Source: Camelus dromedarius (lineage: Eukaryota). Taken from it: a stretch of DNA of 64,000 nt. This document shows, one piece after another, positions 12,926-25,600 of the stretch. Numbering within the stretch: the first letter of the stretch is position 1; every line of letters starts with the position of its first letter. The DNA is taken from contig NC_087436.1 in NCBI RefSeq assembly GCF_036321535.1, forward strand, positions 31,994,001-32,058,000, written 5' to 3'. The notes beneath the pieces are model-generated. The model was not told where the DNA came from, did not search any database, and was given only the letters and a program-made list of their open reading frames with translations. The translations under genes were made by a program, and so were the position numbers.

Positions 12926-13329
12926 GACAGAGGAAAGGTCTTCGTTACACATTGGATATAGGTGGAAACAAAAGGATGAGTCACATGTGGCTCCAAAGAT
13001 TTTAGTTTTAAGTGGTTGGGAGATGGTGGTACCACAGACAGTTAGGAGAACAGAAGAAAGGAAATTGGGGCATAAAGCCAAGGATGAGTTTGGGTTTTAG
13101 TTTATTGGGCACAAAGTAAGAGCAGGAAGTCCTGACAGTGTCTGAGCTCAGCAAGTCCAAAGTTCCACTCAGTGTCTCTTCATCTTACTAAACTGGCTCC
13201 CATCCTCTCCTCCATCCACCTCAGTTGCTGACACCCCCGTTCAGGCAGTTGTCCAAGCTGGAAAGCTCAGAATTCATTCTGGACTTCTTTCTCTCACTTA
13301 TTCCAACATCCAATCAGGCCAATTTTCAA

Positions 13330-14200
13330 ATTGCCAAACTTAAATAGGAGGCATATTTCTTCTTTAACAAAAAACAAATAGCCTACATTTGCTGCCCTGT
13401 TCTTTGATGGTATCAGTACCCTATCTCCCAGTTGTTTTTGAAAACAAAAAATAAAAACAAATTAAAAAAACCCATATATTCAGTCCCTTCAAAGTAAAGA
13501 TAAATAACATTTTGACAATGAAAATGAGAAAATAACTACTTTTCAAAAGAAACCCCCTACTGCAGAGAAATTTGAAAATAGATGTTTGGAAATGTTTCCA
13601 TCACTTGTGATTTTATTGCCAAAAATGATATAAAGGCATCATGTGTACAAACATTTGTATTAGAATACTTTAAAGATTTGGGATACAGAATTCACTAATC
13701 TATTTTTAAAATTTTGGGACAGAGGTTTAAAAATTGAAACTATTTGTTAACAGTATGAAAAATATGTACCTTTGCCAATTAGCTTACAAGAACAACTGAT
13801 TGATACTAAGGATAAAGGCAACTTACTGACTTGAATTTCAACAAAAACGATTGCAAAATTACTAGATAGAATGAGAACTGAGTCTCATGACTTAGGAAGT
13901 GTACTTCCATTGGAGGCAACATCGCTTTATGAGGCCTTTTCCACTATATCAGCCATTAAAACCAAAAACCGAAATAAACTACAAATCATAGTATCACAAG
14001 TAGAAACTAAGATTTTAAGAAACAGACACATTCAATCACGACGGTTTTTTAAATAAGTAAGTAAAATTAAAATTATTTTAAATGTTTTCATTTCATTTTT
14101 ATCTTATCCTTTTACAATTTCCATTTTGGAGGATATTTTTACACAGGCAGAATATATCAGTGCAGCAATAAACATATGTAATTTATTTGAAAAATACCGA
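13330..14200 (+). mobile_element. hAT-Charlie (Charlie7-like) transposase-coding fossil
   Basis: ORF 13871-14056 contains VLPLEATSLYEAFSTISAIKTKNRNKL, resembling the hAT C-terminal dimerisation motif (LLPFxTTYLCExxFSxxxxIKTKxRNxL). Upstream DNA has frameshifted transposase-like segments (e.g. agcttacaagaacaactgattgat = SLQEQLID). Confidence 0.7.
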
Positions 14201-14699
14201 CGGGAGTGTGTGGCTGACACTTCCTTGCCCACAGGATGCCCAATCCCTGCTCTACGAAGCCAGAGTAATTGCCATAAACTGCACATGAGCCCGGAGCATG
14301 AAAACCTTCCCAGGGCTTTGCCTTCTTCGTGGCCATGGTCCTCTCATGACCAACAAGATGGGTAATATACACACATGGAAGTGCCGTCCTCTGGGTGAAC
14401 CCATATTTGATGAAACCCAAAATCCTGGTGAGAAGGTTAAGTGCAGAGGCAATTTGTTAATGCCATGCCACTAGCCTGCTGTTTGGATGAGGTGAGCAGA
14501 GAGTTACTCTCAAGCCCTGGCTCCTAGCCCGAGCTCGATCCTTCTCTTTCTCTCTCTCTCAAGAAAGCATATGGAATGCCAGTGGGAGAGAGTCACCATA
14601 TCAGAGTGATAACCTTGAATTTGCTCTAATTTAAGTCTTTTAAGGAGTAAAGCCATCACAAACCTAACACTTTATTATTAGTAACACATTATTTGGGTA

Positions 14700-15196
14700 C
14701 ACCTGGTGAGTCACAAAGCCTCTAACTTATAGAATCAAATCTCAGCTCCTTAGCAGTTCTTGACTCCACCTTCCTCTCAGATCTCACTTCCTACTAACCT
14801 CAGTCTCACGCTTTACACTCTTGCCTACACATACCATCTGTTTCTCACCTTGTTCATAATGTCCTCTTTGCCCAAAATGTCCTCCACTCCCTATCCCCAT
14901 CCAGCTAACTTTCATTCTTCCACTAAGACTGGGCTCAAATCACCTCTTCCAGGAAGTCTTCCTTGACTCACCTGGGGCTACCTTTGCTGGTAGCCCCGTA
15001 AGACTCTATATATTCCTGTCATACTCTCACATAGCTGTATTACTGCACCGAAATTATCTATTTATGGGTTGGTCATGCCAGACCGTGAGCTTTATTTTAG
15101 GCTGAGGATGGAGTCTTACTGGTAAGCACAGTGCCTGGCATGTAGCAGGCATTCCATAGATGTTTGTGGAATGAGTGAGAGAGTGAGTGAGTGAAT
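14700..15196 (+). mobile_element. L2 3' end
   Basis: ctcaaatcacctcttccaggaagtcttccttgac...cagtgcctggcatgtagcaggcattccatagatgtttgtggaatgagtga. Confidence 0.8.
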
Positions 15197-16498
15197 CAGA
15201 GAGCAGTAGTAAGCCATTGGATATTTAGGACTGACAGAATCAGAGATTAATCTAATGACAAAACATCTACATTTAATTACTGACCCTTTATTGCCTAAGA
15301 ATATGACTTTAATGAGAAATTGCCAAAGAATGAGCAATTACAAGAGAAGTAGCTTTGGAGAAGTGGGGGTCAGTGAAAAGATAGAGAGGAGAGGACCACG
15401 GATGGGGTCCCTCAGCCTACTTTCCCAAACTAGGCTACTTCTCCCCCTTCACAGGTATTACCACAGAGAAAGACCTCTGAGGTAGCTTATGGCTGGACAG
15501 GGTTGGAAGCTCCAGGACTGTCTGATATCAACCCTTTAACTGCTGTGTTGTCTAGAGGTCTGAGGAGCCAGGAAGTGTGGACAGTGGAGAGGGGCTCTCA
15601 GGGAACCCTGAACTGTGGCTATTTTCCAACAGATATGAAACTATTTCAACTTTTTTAACAATTGGTACAGCTACAACAGTGAATATCAGCTTGATATCAG
15701 CCTGCCTATAGGTAAATCAGGTAATATATTGTCTACATCTGTGTCTCCATGGAAAATAATGGTCCCTTTAAAAGCTGAGGGTTTTTTATTAGCTAAGAAC
15801 CACTTCCCTCGACATTTGAGAACATTATTTCTCAGGACTGGGGTGGTTAGAGCAAGCTCTAAACAAGCATTGAGTGATTTCACCACCCCCCCCCCTTTTT
15901 GTTCCTCTTAAAAACTTGACTGTAATTGTGCCTGGTAGCTTCGTTCTTCCCCTTGGTGATGAAATGAAAGCTGATTCAGGCCTTACCATGTGGGGGACTT
16001 TTAGTCACAACAAGCAAGAGCTTTACAGTTATTTGCATTCTAAGCTTCCTCCTTCGTGTAATTGGAAGAGATTTTGATTCAGTCCTTAACCTAGTTTTCA
16101 CAGAGCCTCCACCAAATGCCTCACACACAGACACACTCTGTCACTCTTGGCTAAATAAACGAAATGGGCTTTCATCAGAAATGATCAGTCCTCCTCCCAG
16201 AGAGAGTTTCTATGATTCCAGCACTTGATGGGGTTTTTTCCTTCCCATCTAATGGATTTATTTCTCACTTGATTGTCCCTTCCACATCAAGTACAAGCTG
16301 CAGCTCTTTCCCATGTGGAGCTCACTCGGTGTTTTCATTTTCCAGGATTGATTCATTCTCAGAGGGTGAAAGGTGGAGGGACCCTGAAACCATCTCTGAA
16401 ATGACCTAAAATAGCTGCAATGTACAAAGCAGCTGATTAAATTATTTTGAAGGGCTGACGAACACTTTAAAAATCTCTGCACTAAATATAATTGCCAA

Positions 16499-17049
16499 TG
16501 TAGGGAAAGAAACATTTTCCCTCTACCCTTCTTGATTCTTTGGTTGGTCTAATAACCAAATTAACATAGGATAGATTAACAAGAGAAAGACAAATTTAAT
16601 TCCTTATGTACAAGAGCCCCATTAGAATATGAGACCCACAAGCAGTTAGACAATTGAGACTTGTATGCCATTTCGAGCTAAGGAGAAGGGCATAGGGATC
16701 TGGGACTTCAAAGGGGGAAAAGACAGTTCCTAGGAAGATGGCAAGAGCAAATGTCTGGTACAAATGTCTGCACCCTACACCATGCAGAGACAATGGGACA
16801 CAGGGAGGAATTTGATCTCTGGGCCCAGCCACACTCTCCACCAGCTTACCACACCCAGCCCATGTTCTTTGTAGTTATCTGTGGTGAGAGTTCTCTTCCG
16901 GAACCAGGCCCTCTACATAAATTCTTTTAGGCAGTTAAGGGAGTGGTAAACATTTTTTTTTAATCTGCTGGGTCTGGATTGCCTTCAGCTCAAAACAGTC
17001 CACATGCCAAAGTGGCATACTGGGGAGAGACCTGTTCTGAACCCCTACA
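16499..17049 (-). mobile_element. ERV1-class solo LTR (MER34-related), 551 bp
   Basis: TG...CA termini; exact 4-bp TSD CCAA (16495-16498, 17050-17053). The minus-strand 5' end TGTAGGGGTTCAGAACAGG...TATGCCACTTTGGCATGTGGACTGTTTTGAGCTG resembles the LTRs at 48215 and 49243. Confidence 0.85.
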
Positions 17050-17050
17050 C

Positions 17051-18013
17051 CAATGTTTCTCAGAGTGCACTTTGAGGCCACTTGCATCCTAATTATCCCC
17101 GCGGTTGTTAAACATGCCAAGTCCCAGGTCCCATCAAAGGACCAAATTTTTCATGGTAAGGGCCTGAAAAAAAATCTGTACTTGGAAAAAATTTTTTTAA
17201 TAGAAAGTATAATACACAAAAAGAAAAGCACACATACCATAAATGGACACCTTGCTGCAGTTTCACAACTAAACCCATCTGAAAAACTAGCACTCAGATC
17301 AAGAACCAGAGTATCACCAATATCCCAGAGGCCCCCTCTGCTCCCTTCCAATCACAACCTATTTCTCTACCCCAAGATTAGCCATTAACTTATAAGGCTA
17401 CAGATTAGTTTCCTTTAAATTTTTGGGTTGTTTTTTTTTTAAGTCTATAAATGGATCATCCAGTATGCATTCTTTTATGTCTGGCTTCTTTTATCAATTG
17501 TATTTGTGAGATTCATCTGTATAGTTGCATGTAGTTATAGACTATTCCTTCTCTCTGGCTGAATGGTATTCCATTGTGTGATTATACCAAAATGTATTTC
17601 TCCATTCAATTTAAATTTAAATGATAATGCAATACCTCTATATAGCCACCAGAATGGCTAAAATTAAAACAGAAAATACCAAGCATTGGTGAGGATGTGA
17701 ACAACAAAATAGCTTATACACTGACAGAGGGACTCTAAATTGGTACAACCACCTTGGATGCCACCTTTCTGGCATTATTCTACTAACACTGAATATGTGG
17801 CTAACTGATGATGCAGACATTCCACTCCTAGCTATATGCCCCACAGAAATACACACGTGTTCACCACAATGACACGACCTAAAATGTTCACAGCTGTTCA
17901 TAATAGTCAGAAACTTCATACTACCTAAAAGTCTGTCAGCAACTGAGCCAAATCTGCATTTTTAACAAGTTCAACAGCTGATTCTTATGCACACAAAGTT
18001 TTGAGAATCTTTG
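17051..18013 (+). mobile_element. MER5A-like hAT-Charlie MITE split by an L1
   Basis: Left half caatgtttctcagagtg...gggcctgaaaaaaaatctg; right half aatctgcatttttaacaagt..tgattcttatgcacacaaagttttgagaatctttg. Confidence 0.7.
17184..17949 (-). mobile_element. Old L1M 3' end with 5' inversion
   Basis: ~17192-17607 is the L1 3' end on - (T-run tail at 17192-17198). ~17620-17944 is the immediately upstream L1 segment on +. Degenerate TSD aaatctgtactt (17172-17183) / aaatctgcattt (17950-17961). Confidence 0.75.
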
Positions 18014-20359
18014 CATTCAGTATTCTGAAGATGTACTTCCTAAACCTAGGAATTTCAGCAACTATCAAAATCAATAAGGTCAATATGTTTGAATTTGTCA
18101 AAGAAAAAAGATATTTTCTCATCATTAAACTTACAACAGGGCTTCAAGTAGAAGTTTATACTTAAGCACCATATACATTTCCCATTCCTTTGAAAGCTGA
18201 AAGCTACAGGAAAGTGGTTCACAAAACGTGTTAAAATTTTAATTGTGTTCTCACAGCCGTGAATTTAGGGCAGCTGCTATTATTTCTCAATCACACTATC
18301 ACTGTTGTGAATGAGTATTTCATATACTGCTGTTTTCCCATGAAGTTCCTTTGATTAAATAAAAACTTGGATTTGTAAATTCAAGAAATAGCTAGGGAAA
18401 AATTCAGTTCTTGGAGACTTTGACAAGAAGCAATTGAGCAGACCCCTACTCTGAAGTCAAGTGTGAGAGTTTATTCTATATTGGTAGCAACTGAAAGATT
18501 TTGAACACTCACCTACAAAACGGACTACCCTTAAGATGAGTGGCCCTAAATAACATACAGATAACTCAATTATCACTCCTAAGGAGGTGGAAAAAAAACA
18601 CTTACAAGCAAACCATCTTAAAAATGAAAAAGAAACAGCCATTCTTATGCCTCAGGATTTCTGCAGACTAAAAATGGTCCAAACAAACCCCAAATGCTAG
18701 CTATTTGGAATAAAAATGTTTAGAATCAAAAGAGACCCTAACGAGCATCTACAAAGAGGAGAGGAGACTCTGATATGGATATAAGCAAGCAACCAAAATT
18801 ATACATGGCTATGATTTTAAAATAATGCCCTATAGCCAAATTCTTAGGCACTCAATAAACTGAATCTAGACCTTGTGAGACATCTCAGCAGTTACTTAAA
18901 AAGCACAACAAACAAGGAAAATTTAGCATCTCCAGCTGTAAGCCATGAACTCGTCCTTCTTGTAAAACTGGAACCAGAATATATATTGTTCCTTTTGTTA
19001 TTTTATAACGGACTATTCAGAGGTAACCTTCCAAATTACAAGGTGAATGAGCTCACTAGCAGGCACCAATATTTCATACCTACCTAGGGTTCAGAAGGGC
19101 ACAGTGGTACTTATGACAATTCTACACATGAGGGGAAGTTGTGTGTCAGCCTCAGCAGGTGAAATAAAAGAGTGCTGTCTCTGGGCCTTGGGAAACAAAC
19201 GCCTTCTATGTACAAGTGACTGTGATGTGACAAATATGGAGGAAGAACTCTGAACGCCAGAGCAGGAAGTTCAAAGGCTGAGTAGAGAAGGAAAAAAATC
19301 ACCCCTTCTTTCATCATTAATCTGCTCAGTCTCAAGAGAGATGGCAAATACTTAAAATATCAAGAGGCTTGGTCACTTACAAGAAGCAGCCCATCTGAGA
19401 ATACACATCTAATCTGCCTTAAATTCCAGAACATCACTTCATTTGGCCCTTAAGATCACATTTATCTTGCCAGGGAGTGAAGTTACAAGGAGAGGGAGGG
19501 AGTGGGGTAGGGGAGGTGGTAATAACTGGCCTTTGCACAAGAAAAAGGAATACTGTCAAGTCTGGGCTTTGGAATGTCCCGTCTTTGTGACCTCTGAGGA
19601 CTCCACCACCCTGTCATTCACACTCCCTAGAATGGTAGCCTCAAAGGATATTGTCAAGTGAAGGACTCTCTTTGTTTTGGTAGTTTTTTGTAGAGAAAAG
19701 AAGTTGACTCCTTAGGACAATGAAATGATTTTAAATATGGTGATTTTTTTTTTTTTTTAAGTTAGACACTAACCTGGCTGTTCGCTGCTCATTGAGACAA
19801 AAGCTTTATCTTCATAATTTAGTTTGCTTGGACTACACAGGAGTTTTCTAATTAAAATGGTCTCTAACAGTGTTACTAGTGAACTTACTGTAATTTCAGG
19901 TTTAAAATATAGCTTTGCCCACAGACAGCAGAGACAAACCAAGGACAGCAGCTTTGGCCACCAAGGCCCTCTTCCTCTGAGCTGGAAGTAGATGCCGGCA
20001 CACTTGGGTTGTTCTGGGCGCCTGAGCTCTAATTAAGTTCACTTGTAAACTTCCTAAACAGGGCTGGTGCAGCTGCCAGCAGGATGAGGCCATGTGTTAG
20101 TGCCAAGCAGACTGGTTCTTCTGCTGTTTGCACCCCATTCTTAAGGCCATTCTGGTACTACCCTGGCCTAGGCTCTGTCTCACCTTTTCCTTTATGGGTC
20201 AACCAGGCAATCCAGTTAGAGAACCCATTATACTTCTGACAAACAGGGGAAACTCATGTACTGTCTGGATTAATTCCCACCAAGGCCACCTTGGTACAGA
20301 GCAGATTCCCTCACATTTGTGTGGTATAGGGGAGTGGACAAAGGTACACACGCTCCAGA

Positions 20360-20480
20360 TAGGTCATAAGCTCCGTGAAAGCAGAGTTTGTGTCTGTCTT
20401 ATTCAAGTCTACCTTCCCAGGGCCTAGAACAGTGACTGGAGTATAATAGGAGCTAGATAAATGTTTGGTGAGTGTAATGC
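20360..20480 (+). mobile_element. L2 3' terminus
   Basis: taagctccgtgaaagcagag...ggcctagaacagtgactgga..ataaatgtttggtgagtg. Confidence 0.75.
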
Positions 20481-20628
20481 TGATGCAGAGAAGATGAGAG
20501 CATGAATCAGAAGAAACCAGGACTGAGCAGTGTGGGCCTGGCTCTTAAGAGCTAAAAGTAAGAGAAAAGTACCTGCACCTGGTAGAATTTCAGACCCATT
20601 GCAGGCTCTTAAAAAAACTAGTTCCTCA

Positions 20629-20711
20629 TAAGACTGAAACATGCTGTACACCAGAAATTGACCCAACATTGTAAACTGACTATACTTCAGTAAAAAAGAA
20701 TGCAAAAAAAA
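20629..20711 (+). mobile_element. Severely 5'-truncated young L1 (terminal ~60 bp + A tail), camelid-type 3' end
   Basis: gactgaaacatgctgtacaccagaaattgacccaacattgtaaactgactatacttca + A-rich tail. Degenerate TSD aaaaaaactagttcctca (20611-20628) / aaaaaaaccctagatcctca (20705-20724), TT|AAAA site. Confidence 0.8.
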
Positions 20712-20754
20712 CCCTAGATCCTCAAGATAAATCCTCCCTGATTAGTGTCTTTTC

Positions 20755-21775
20755 TTTAATTTGGCAAATATTTCTTGAGTACCTGCATTGTCCTAAGCAC
20801 TGTACAGGTGCCAGGCATACCAAAATGAAAAGACAAAATCCATATTCTCATCAAGTTTACATTCTGGTAGGGAAGACAAAGAATAAGCACACAAGTATTT
20901 TGGAGAGTTTTAAGAACTAAGAAGAAAATAAAATAATCATTACAACAGGACAGAGTGATGAGAGAAGAGCCGTGCTATTGCTTCTACTGGGGAAGCTCAA
21001 GAGGGCCTCTTTGAGGACCACATATTTGATCTGAGACCTGAATGTTGAGAAGAAAGCAGTTAGGGGACCTTCTGGAAGAAGAACATTCCAGCTGGGAAGG
21101 GCAAAGCCCTAGAAGCGTAGTGCATTGGGAAGGTTGAGGGACAGAATGTGTAGGTAGAGACAGAGGCTGAGAGGGGGAACAGGAGAAGGGAGGTTCGGGT
21201 GTGAGTCCTTTGTAGCCCTTGGTGAAGAGCTTACATTCTATTTCAAGTGAAAAGAAGCAATAAAATAAATGTAAGAGTGAGAGTAGATTGATCATTGCTT
21301 ATTAAAAAGATCTCTCCAGCTGCTGTATAAAAATGGCTTATGGGAGGAAGCAGAGACCAGTTAGGAGGCTGTTGCAGTGACTTGGTTGGGCTGTAGCATT
21401 GGAGGTGCTGAGAAGTGGTCAGCTTTGAATACAGTGTGCAGATGGCAGGACCTGATGATGGATGACAGGTGAGGTATGAAATAAAGTGAGAGATGAAGGG
21501 TGACTCCTAGGATTTTGACTAAGCAATTGCATAGATGGTGGTTCTATTTACTGATGGGGGAGGTTGGGAGAGGAGCAGGTGGATGAGTTGGATGCAGAAT
21601 CAAGAGTATCTTTTAGCCGTGTAGAGTTTGACATTGACTGTTAGACATCGAAGGGTCTCTTGATGTCAAGCAATAGTTGGATATACAAATCTAAAGGTAT
21701 GAGCAAAAATAGAGCTGGAGATAGTGACTCAGGAGTCATCAGCAGATTCATGGGCCTGGATGAGACCACTTCAGC
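20755..21775 (-). mobile_element. L2 LINE 3' ~1 kb
   Basis: gcaaatatttcttgagtacct..aagcactgt; tttgatctgagacctgaatg; gaagcagagaccagttaggaggctgttgcagt; gagtcatcagca. Confidence 0.85.
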
Positions 21776-22939
21776 AGAGTAGTTTCCCATCAGTAGCATC
21801 TTCTGCAGAGATGACCAGCTCTGGGGTAAATGGAGAGCTCCCCAGCATCCTGCTAGTTCATAGTCAGATTTATTTCAGATCCCCTTGTGCTTCCTTCATT
21901 AATGTAATGTGAAAAAAAATTAGAGAAAGTTATAGGAACAAAATGTCTGATCAACATGAAACTTCAAGGATGATAAAGGTTCTTTTTTAAACCAGATAAT
22001 CAAGAGGGAAAAGCAGCAAAATATAAAAGCAAAACACAATCACTCTTTTCTAACTTTATTTCAAGCCTGTTTTCCTGGTGAAGCTAATGCCATGTGAAAT
22101 ACAGAGGGTGGAGTTAGAAAAAAGCCTCCAAACATTCCTTTTTAATGACATCATTGATTCTAACCAAAGAATCAAGGGATCTTGGACAGCAGGACTTAGG
22201 AGATAAGGAAAAGGGCAAACCATTAACATGTAGGTAACATAAACACAGAACCTTTTTGTTTTTTTACACTTTAAAATATTCCATTCTGAAACCTATGATG
22301 TTTCATTCCAAACATATTTGATTTTCACTTTAAATTGTAGGGTCTTATATTGACTACAATAAGCTTCAAAGGCAAATGCATAATTATAAGAAGAAAATTT
22401 ATGTTTAAAGTTTCATAACAAATAGATCTAGTTTTCAGTTTTGCCACTGAGAAACTAGGCAGACAGCACATTAGGTTTTATAACCAAATCCCCCAGAGTC
22501 CTTACATAAAACCTAAGCCATACACACGACTCTACTTTGAAACAGTGGAATCTTGGGGTACAGCCAACCTTCACAAAACGAGTCAAGGAGTTTCCTATGA
22601 TGTCAAGGACTCTAGCCAGTGTTTGTAGTATATGGGGCACCATTTTCCCCTCTTATTCAGTTCAATTTTTTTTAAGGAAGGAAGGAAAGGAAGAAAAACG
22701 AAAAGAAAGAACATCCCTATCATCTAGATAGATAGAGAGATAGAGAGAGAGAGAGATCGATTTCATGCTTCTACAGCTTTGCACACACTCTACCCTCTCT
22801 TATCACACTTATTTGTTTCACCTGCCTATGTCCCCCATTTATACCTTTCACATTCATACCCTAGTCTAGCATCATACCTAAAGGAGGAGGTCACAAGTAG
22901 AATATTTTAAAAATTCTTTCTAATTTAGGTCCTTTGGTA

Positions 22940-23791
22940 GTGTGATTATATTCATTGCCCCAGTACTTCACTTCTGCCATGTGCCTTGGCAGTGCCTTCA
23001 TGCTTTGGATAGAACATTCTGTTCCACCCATGCCTCTGGTTTCACACAGGGGACTTGCTTTGGCCAATGGGGTGTTAGCAAAAATAATTTAAGAAGAGGC
23101 TCTGAAAGTGCTTGCACATTTCCACTTGTACTTATGTGCCTCTACCATTGCTGTGAGATCATGTTGAGGCTAACGGGCTGGCTAGCCATTTAGCAGAGGC
23201 AAGTTGACACAACTGCCACCCAGCTAAGACTATCCTAGAGCAGCCCACCAATCCCCAGACAAGTGAATGAACCCAACCTAAATCAGCAGAGCTGCTGAGC
23301 CAACTCACAGTTGACTACAGATTCATGAACAAGTGAAGCAGAGCAGCCAAGCCTAATGTAGAGTAGAGTCACGAGCTAAATCAGCGGTCAGCCAACTATG
23401 GCCCACAGGTCAAATCTAGCCCATCACTTGCTTTTGTATGGCTGATGGAACAAACAATCACTTTCAATTTCATGGCTGGAAAAAATAAAAATAACATTTC
23501 ATAACATTAAAATTATATGAAATTCAAATTTCAGTGTCCATAAATAAAGTTTTATTGGAACATAGACACATTCATTTGTTTATATATTGTCTGTAGCTAC
23601 TTTTACACTACAAGGAAAGGGCATCTGTGACAGAGACTGCATAACCTGAGAAGACTGAAGTATTTACAGTCTGGCCCCTTAAGGAAAAAGACTGCTAACC
23701 CCTGAACTAAATGAATGTTTATTGCTGTATGACCATGGGACTCAATGGATTTTGTTACACAGCATCACTGGAACAAAAGTTCACTGACATA
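22940..23791 (+). mobile_element. MaLR LTR (MLT1G-like) interrupted by MER58
   Basis: gacttgctttggccaatggggtgttagca, gaaagtgcttgcac; 3' end aatgtttattgctgtat...ttgttacacagca. Confidence 0.7.
23382..23704 (+). mobile_element. MER58B-like hAT-Charlie MITE
   Basis: Terminal repeats cagcggtcagccaact / gactgctaacccctg; internal gtaaataaagttttattggaaca-type motif; 8-bp TSD agctaaat (23374-23381) / aactaaat (23705-23712). Confidence 0.85.
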
Positions 23792-24894
23792 TTTACTCCT
23801 CCAAAAGCTAATTCCTTTTTCTATTCCCACAGCAGAGAGTGCTGGTAAAGCAGCAGGGGCTCAGGGTCAGAACAAAAGCAGCCCCTCCTAGTCACCACCA
23901 CAGGCATGGACTTTGTGACCAGGGCTCCAAGGATGAATGCCAGTACATCAAGGACATCACATACTTTGGTGATTCCCAGTCCAGGGAGCAAATCACATCA
24001 ACCTCTCTGCCACAGTGACCAGTGAGGATTCAAAAGGCCCCTTATCCTGCTGGCAGTGCCACAAATCCTATGAGCTAGGGATTCCACTCATTGCCAGCTG
24101 TATACTCTGAGGTCAACTTGCATAGGAGCAGAAGTAGGGAGAAGAAACATGTTAGATAAATGGAAACTAAGTATTTACCTAGATTCATTATATTGGAGTA
24201 AGTTGACCAAATTGGACTAAAATTTAACTCCCACCTTGGGATCCACTGGTGGAAACTTGGGAGAAACATTATTTTACTTAACAAAGAAAAATTAAGAAGT
24301 TAGTGTTCTTTTCCTCTCTTGGAATAATATGGATGATTTATGCAAACCTGATATGAATTCCCATGAAATAAACAGATGAATGAACGAATGAATGGTAAAC
24401 TCCCCACCAAACTGCTGTGTACTCATTCACCACCTCCTGGCATTTCTATCCAATCAAGTTATTAGTCCAAAAATAACCCATTCTTCCTCTTGAACTGACT
24501 TCCAACTTCAAGAAGCAAGCCACAACTTCTTGGTCCAGGTCCCCTCGTTCAGAAATCCCTAAATACCCTCCCCCTTCCTCTGGTTCCTTGGGCTCAAGAA
24601 TCTAATAGGTGGTCTCAAAGACTTAGATAAATTTACATGAAATAGACAAGCATCCTCCAGGTTGGAGGAACTTGGATCTTTCAGTAGACTTTGGCCTTAA
24701 ACCTGTATTGAATATCTTCTAAGGCAGTAATGAGGCAATGTTTTCCCCAAGAGGAGAAAAAGTCAGATTCCCACATCTGGAGTTTGACCTTTGTGCATGT
24801 TGTCATTTCACCCACCACAGGAAACCTTTCTGGGCTGGGCTGAAATGTGTAACTTCTCAACAGTGAGGCTGGTAGCAATCCCACCCAGCTGTGT

Positions 24895-25030
24895 GGAACG
24901 GGAAGTGACAGGGCAATTAATATTCTGTTAAAACTTCAGGGGGCTACACTAAAGCTGGCCAGATTTCAGGGCTGACTCATCGTGTTAAAACCAAACATGT
25001 TATCGTCTGTTCACTTCTGCTGACTCACTT
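24895..25030. promoter_or_regulatory. Candidate enhancer: ETS site + two AP-1/ARE (NF-E2/MARE) sites
   Basis: CGGGAAGTG (24899-24907); GCTGACTCAT (24971-24980); TGCTGACTCAC (25018-25028); in non-repeat DNA. Confidence 0.4.
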
Positions 25031-25324
25031 GTCAGCCCTAAGAAATATGTGCCAGGCAGAGATGTCTTTCTAGGGTGTTACCCTCCAGCACCAGCCATGT
25101 CAGTTCATTCTGTGCATAAGCTTCTATAATGAGCCATGGATGGTTTTCAAACGTGTGAAGGACTGTTCTGTAAAGGGAGATGACCAGCCTCTTTTTTGCA
25201 TTGTTTCATATGAAAACAGCACGGATAGCAACACGACTGACATTAGAGAAGAACCATAGCATTTCCGAGCTGGAAGGGAGGCTTAGAGATCAAGCTAAAA
25301 GTACTTTCCAAAGAGGATGGGAGG

Positions 25325-25600
25325 GTATATAGCATAGTGGATAAGAGCTTTGAGTCAGGCATCCTGAATTCAGGTCCCATCTCTGCCAATCATAGTGGAA
25401 TTCTAAGTAGGAGGCTAATGCAGCTATTAAGTAACTTTAAGCAAATTGCTCAGACTCCCTGAGCTTCGAGTTCCTTATCTGTAAAATGAGGAATAATTAT
25501 AGCACCCATCTCACTGGGCTATTGTGAGGATTAAAGGAGACAAAGCATAAAAAGAGTACAGTGCTTGGCACAAAGAGCTCAGTAAATAGCAGCTATTATT
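25325..25600 (+). mobile_element. MIR SINE, near full length
   Basis: tatagcatagtggataagagc...ttccttatctgtaaaatgagg...attgtgaggattaaa...gctcagtaaatagcagctattatt. Confidence 0.85.

Noticed and set aside
14221..14440. Plus-strand exon starting after CTTCCTTGCCCACAG
   Set aside because: Plausible acceptor but only mediocre donors, an unrecognised peptide, and the opposite strand to the better candidates.
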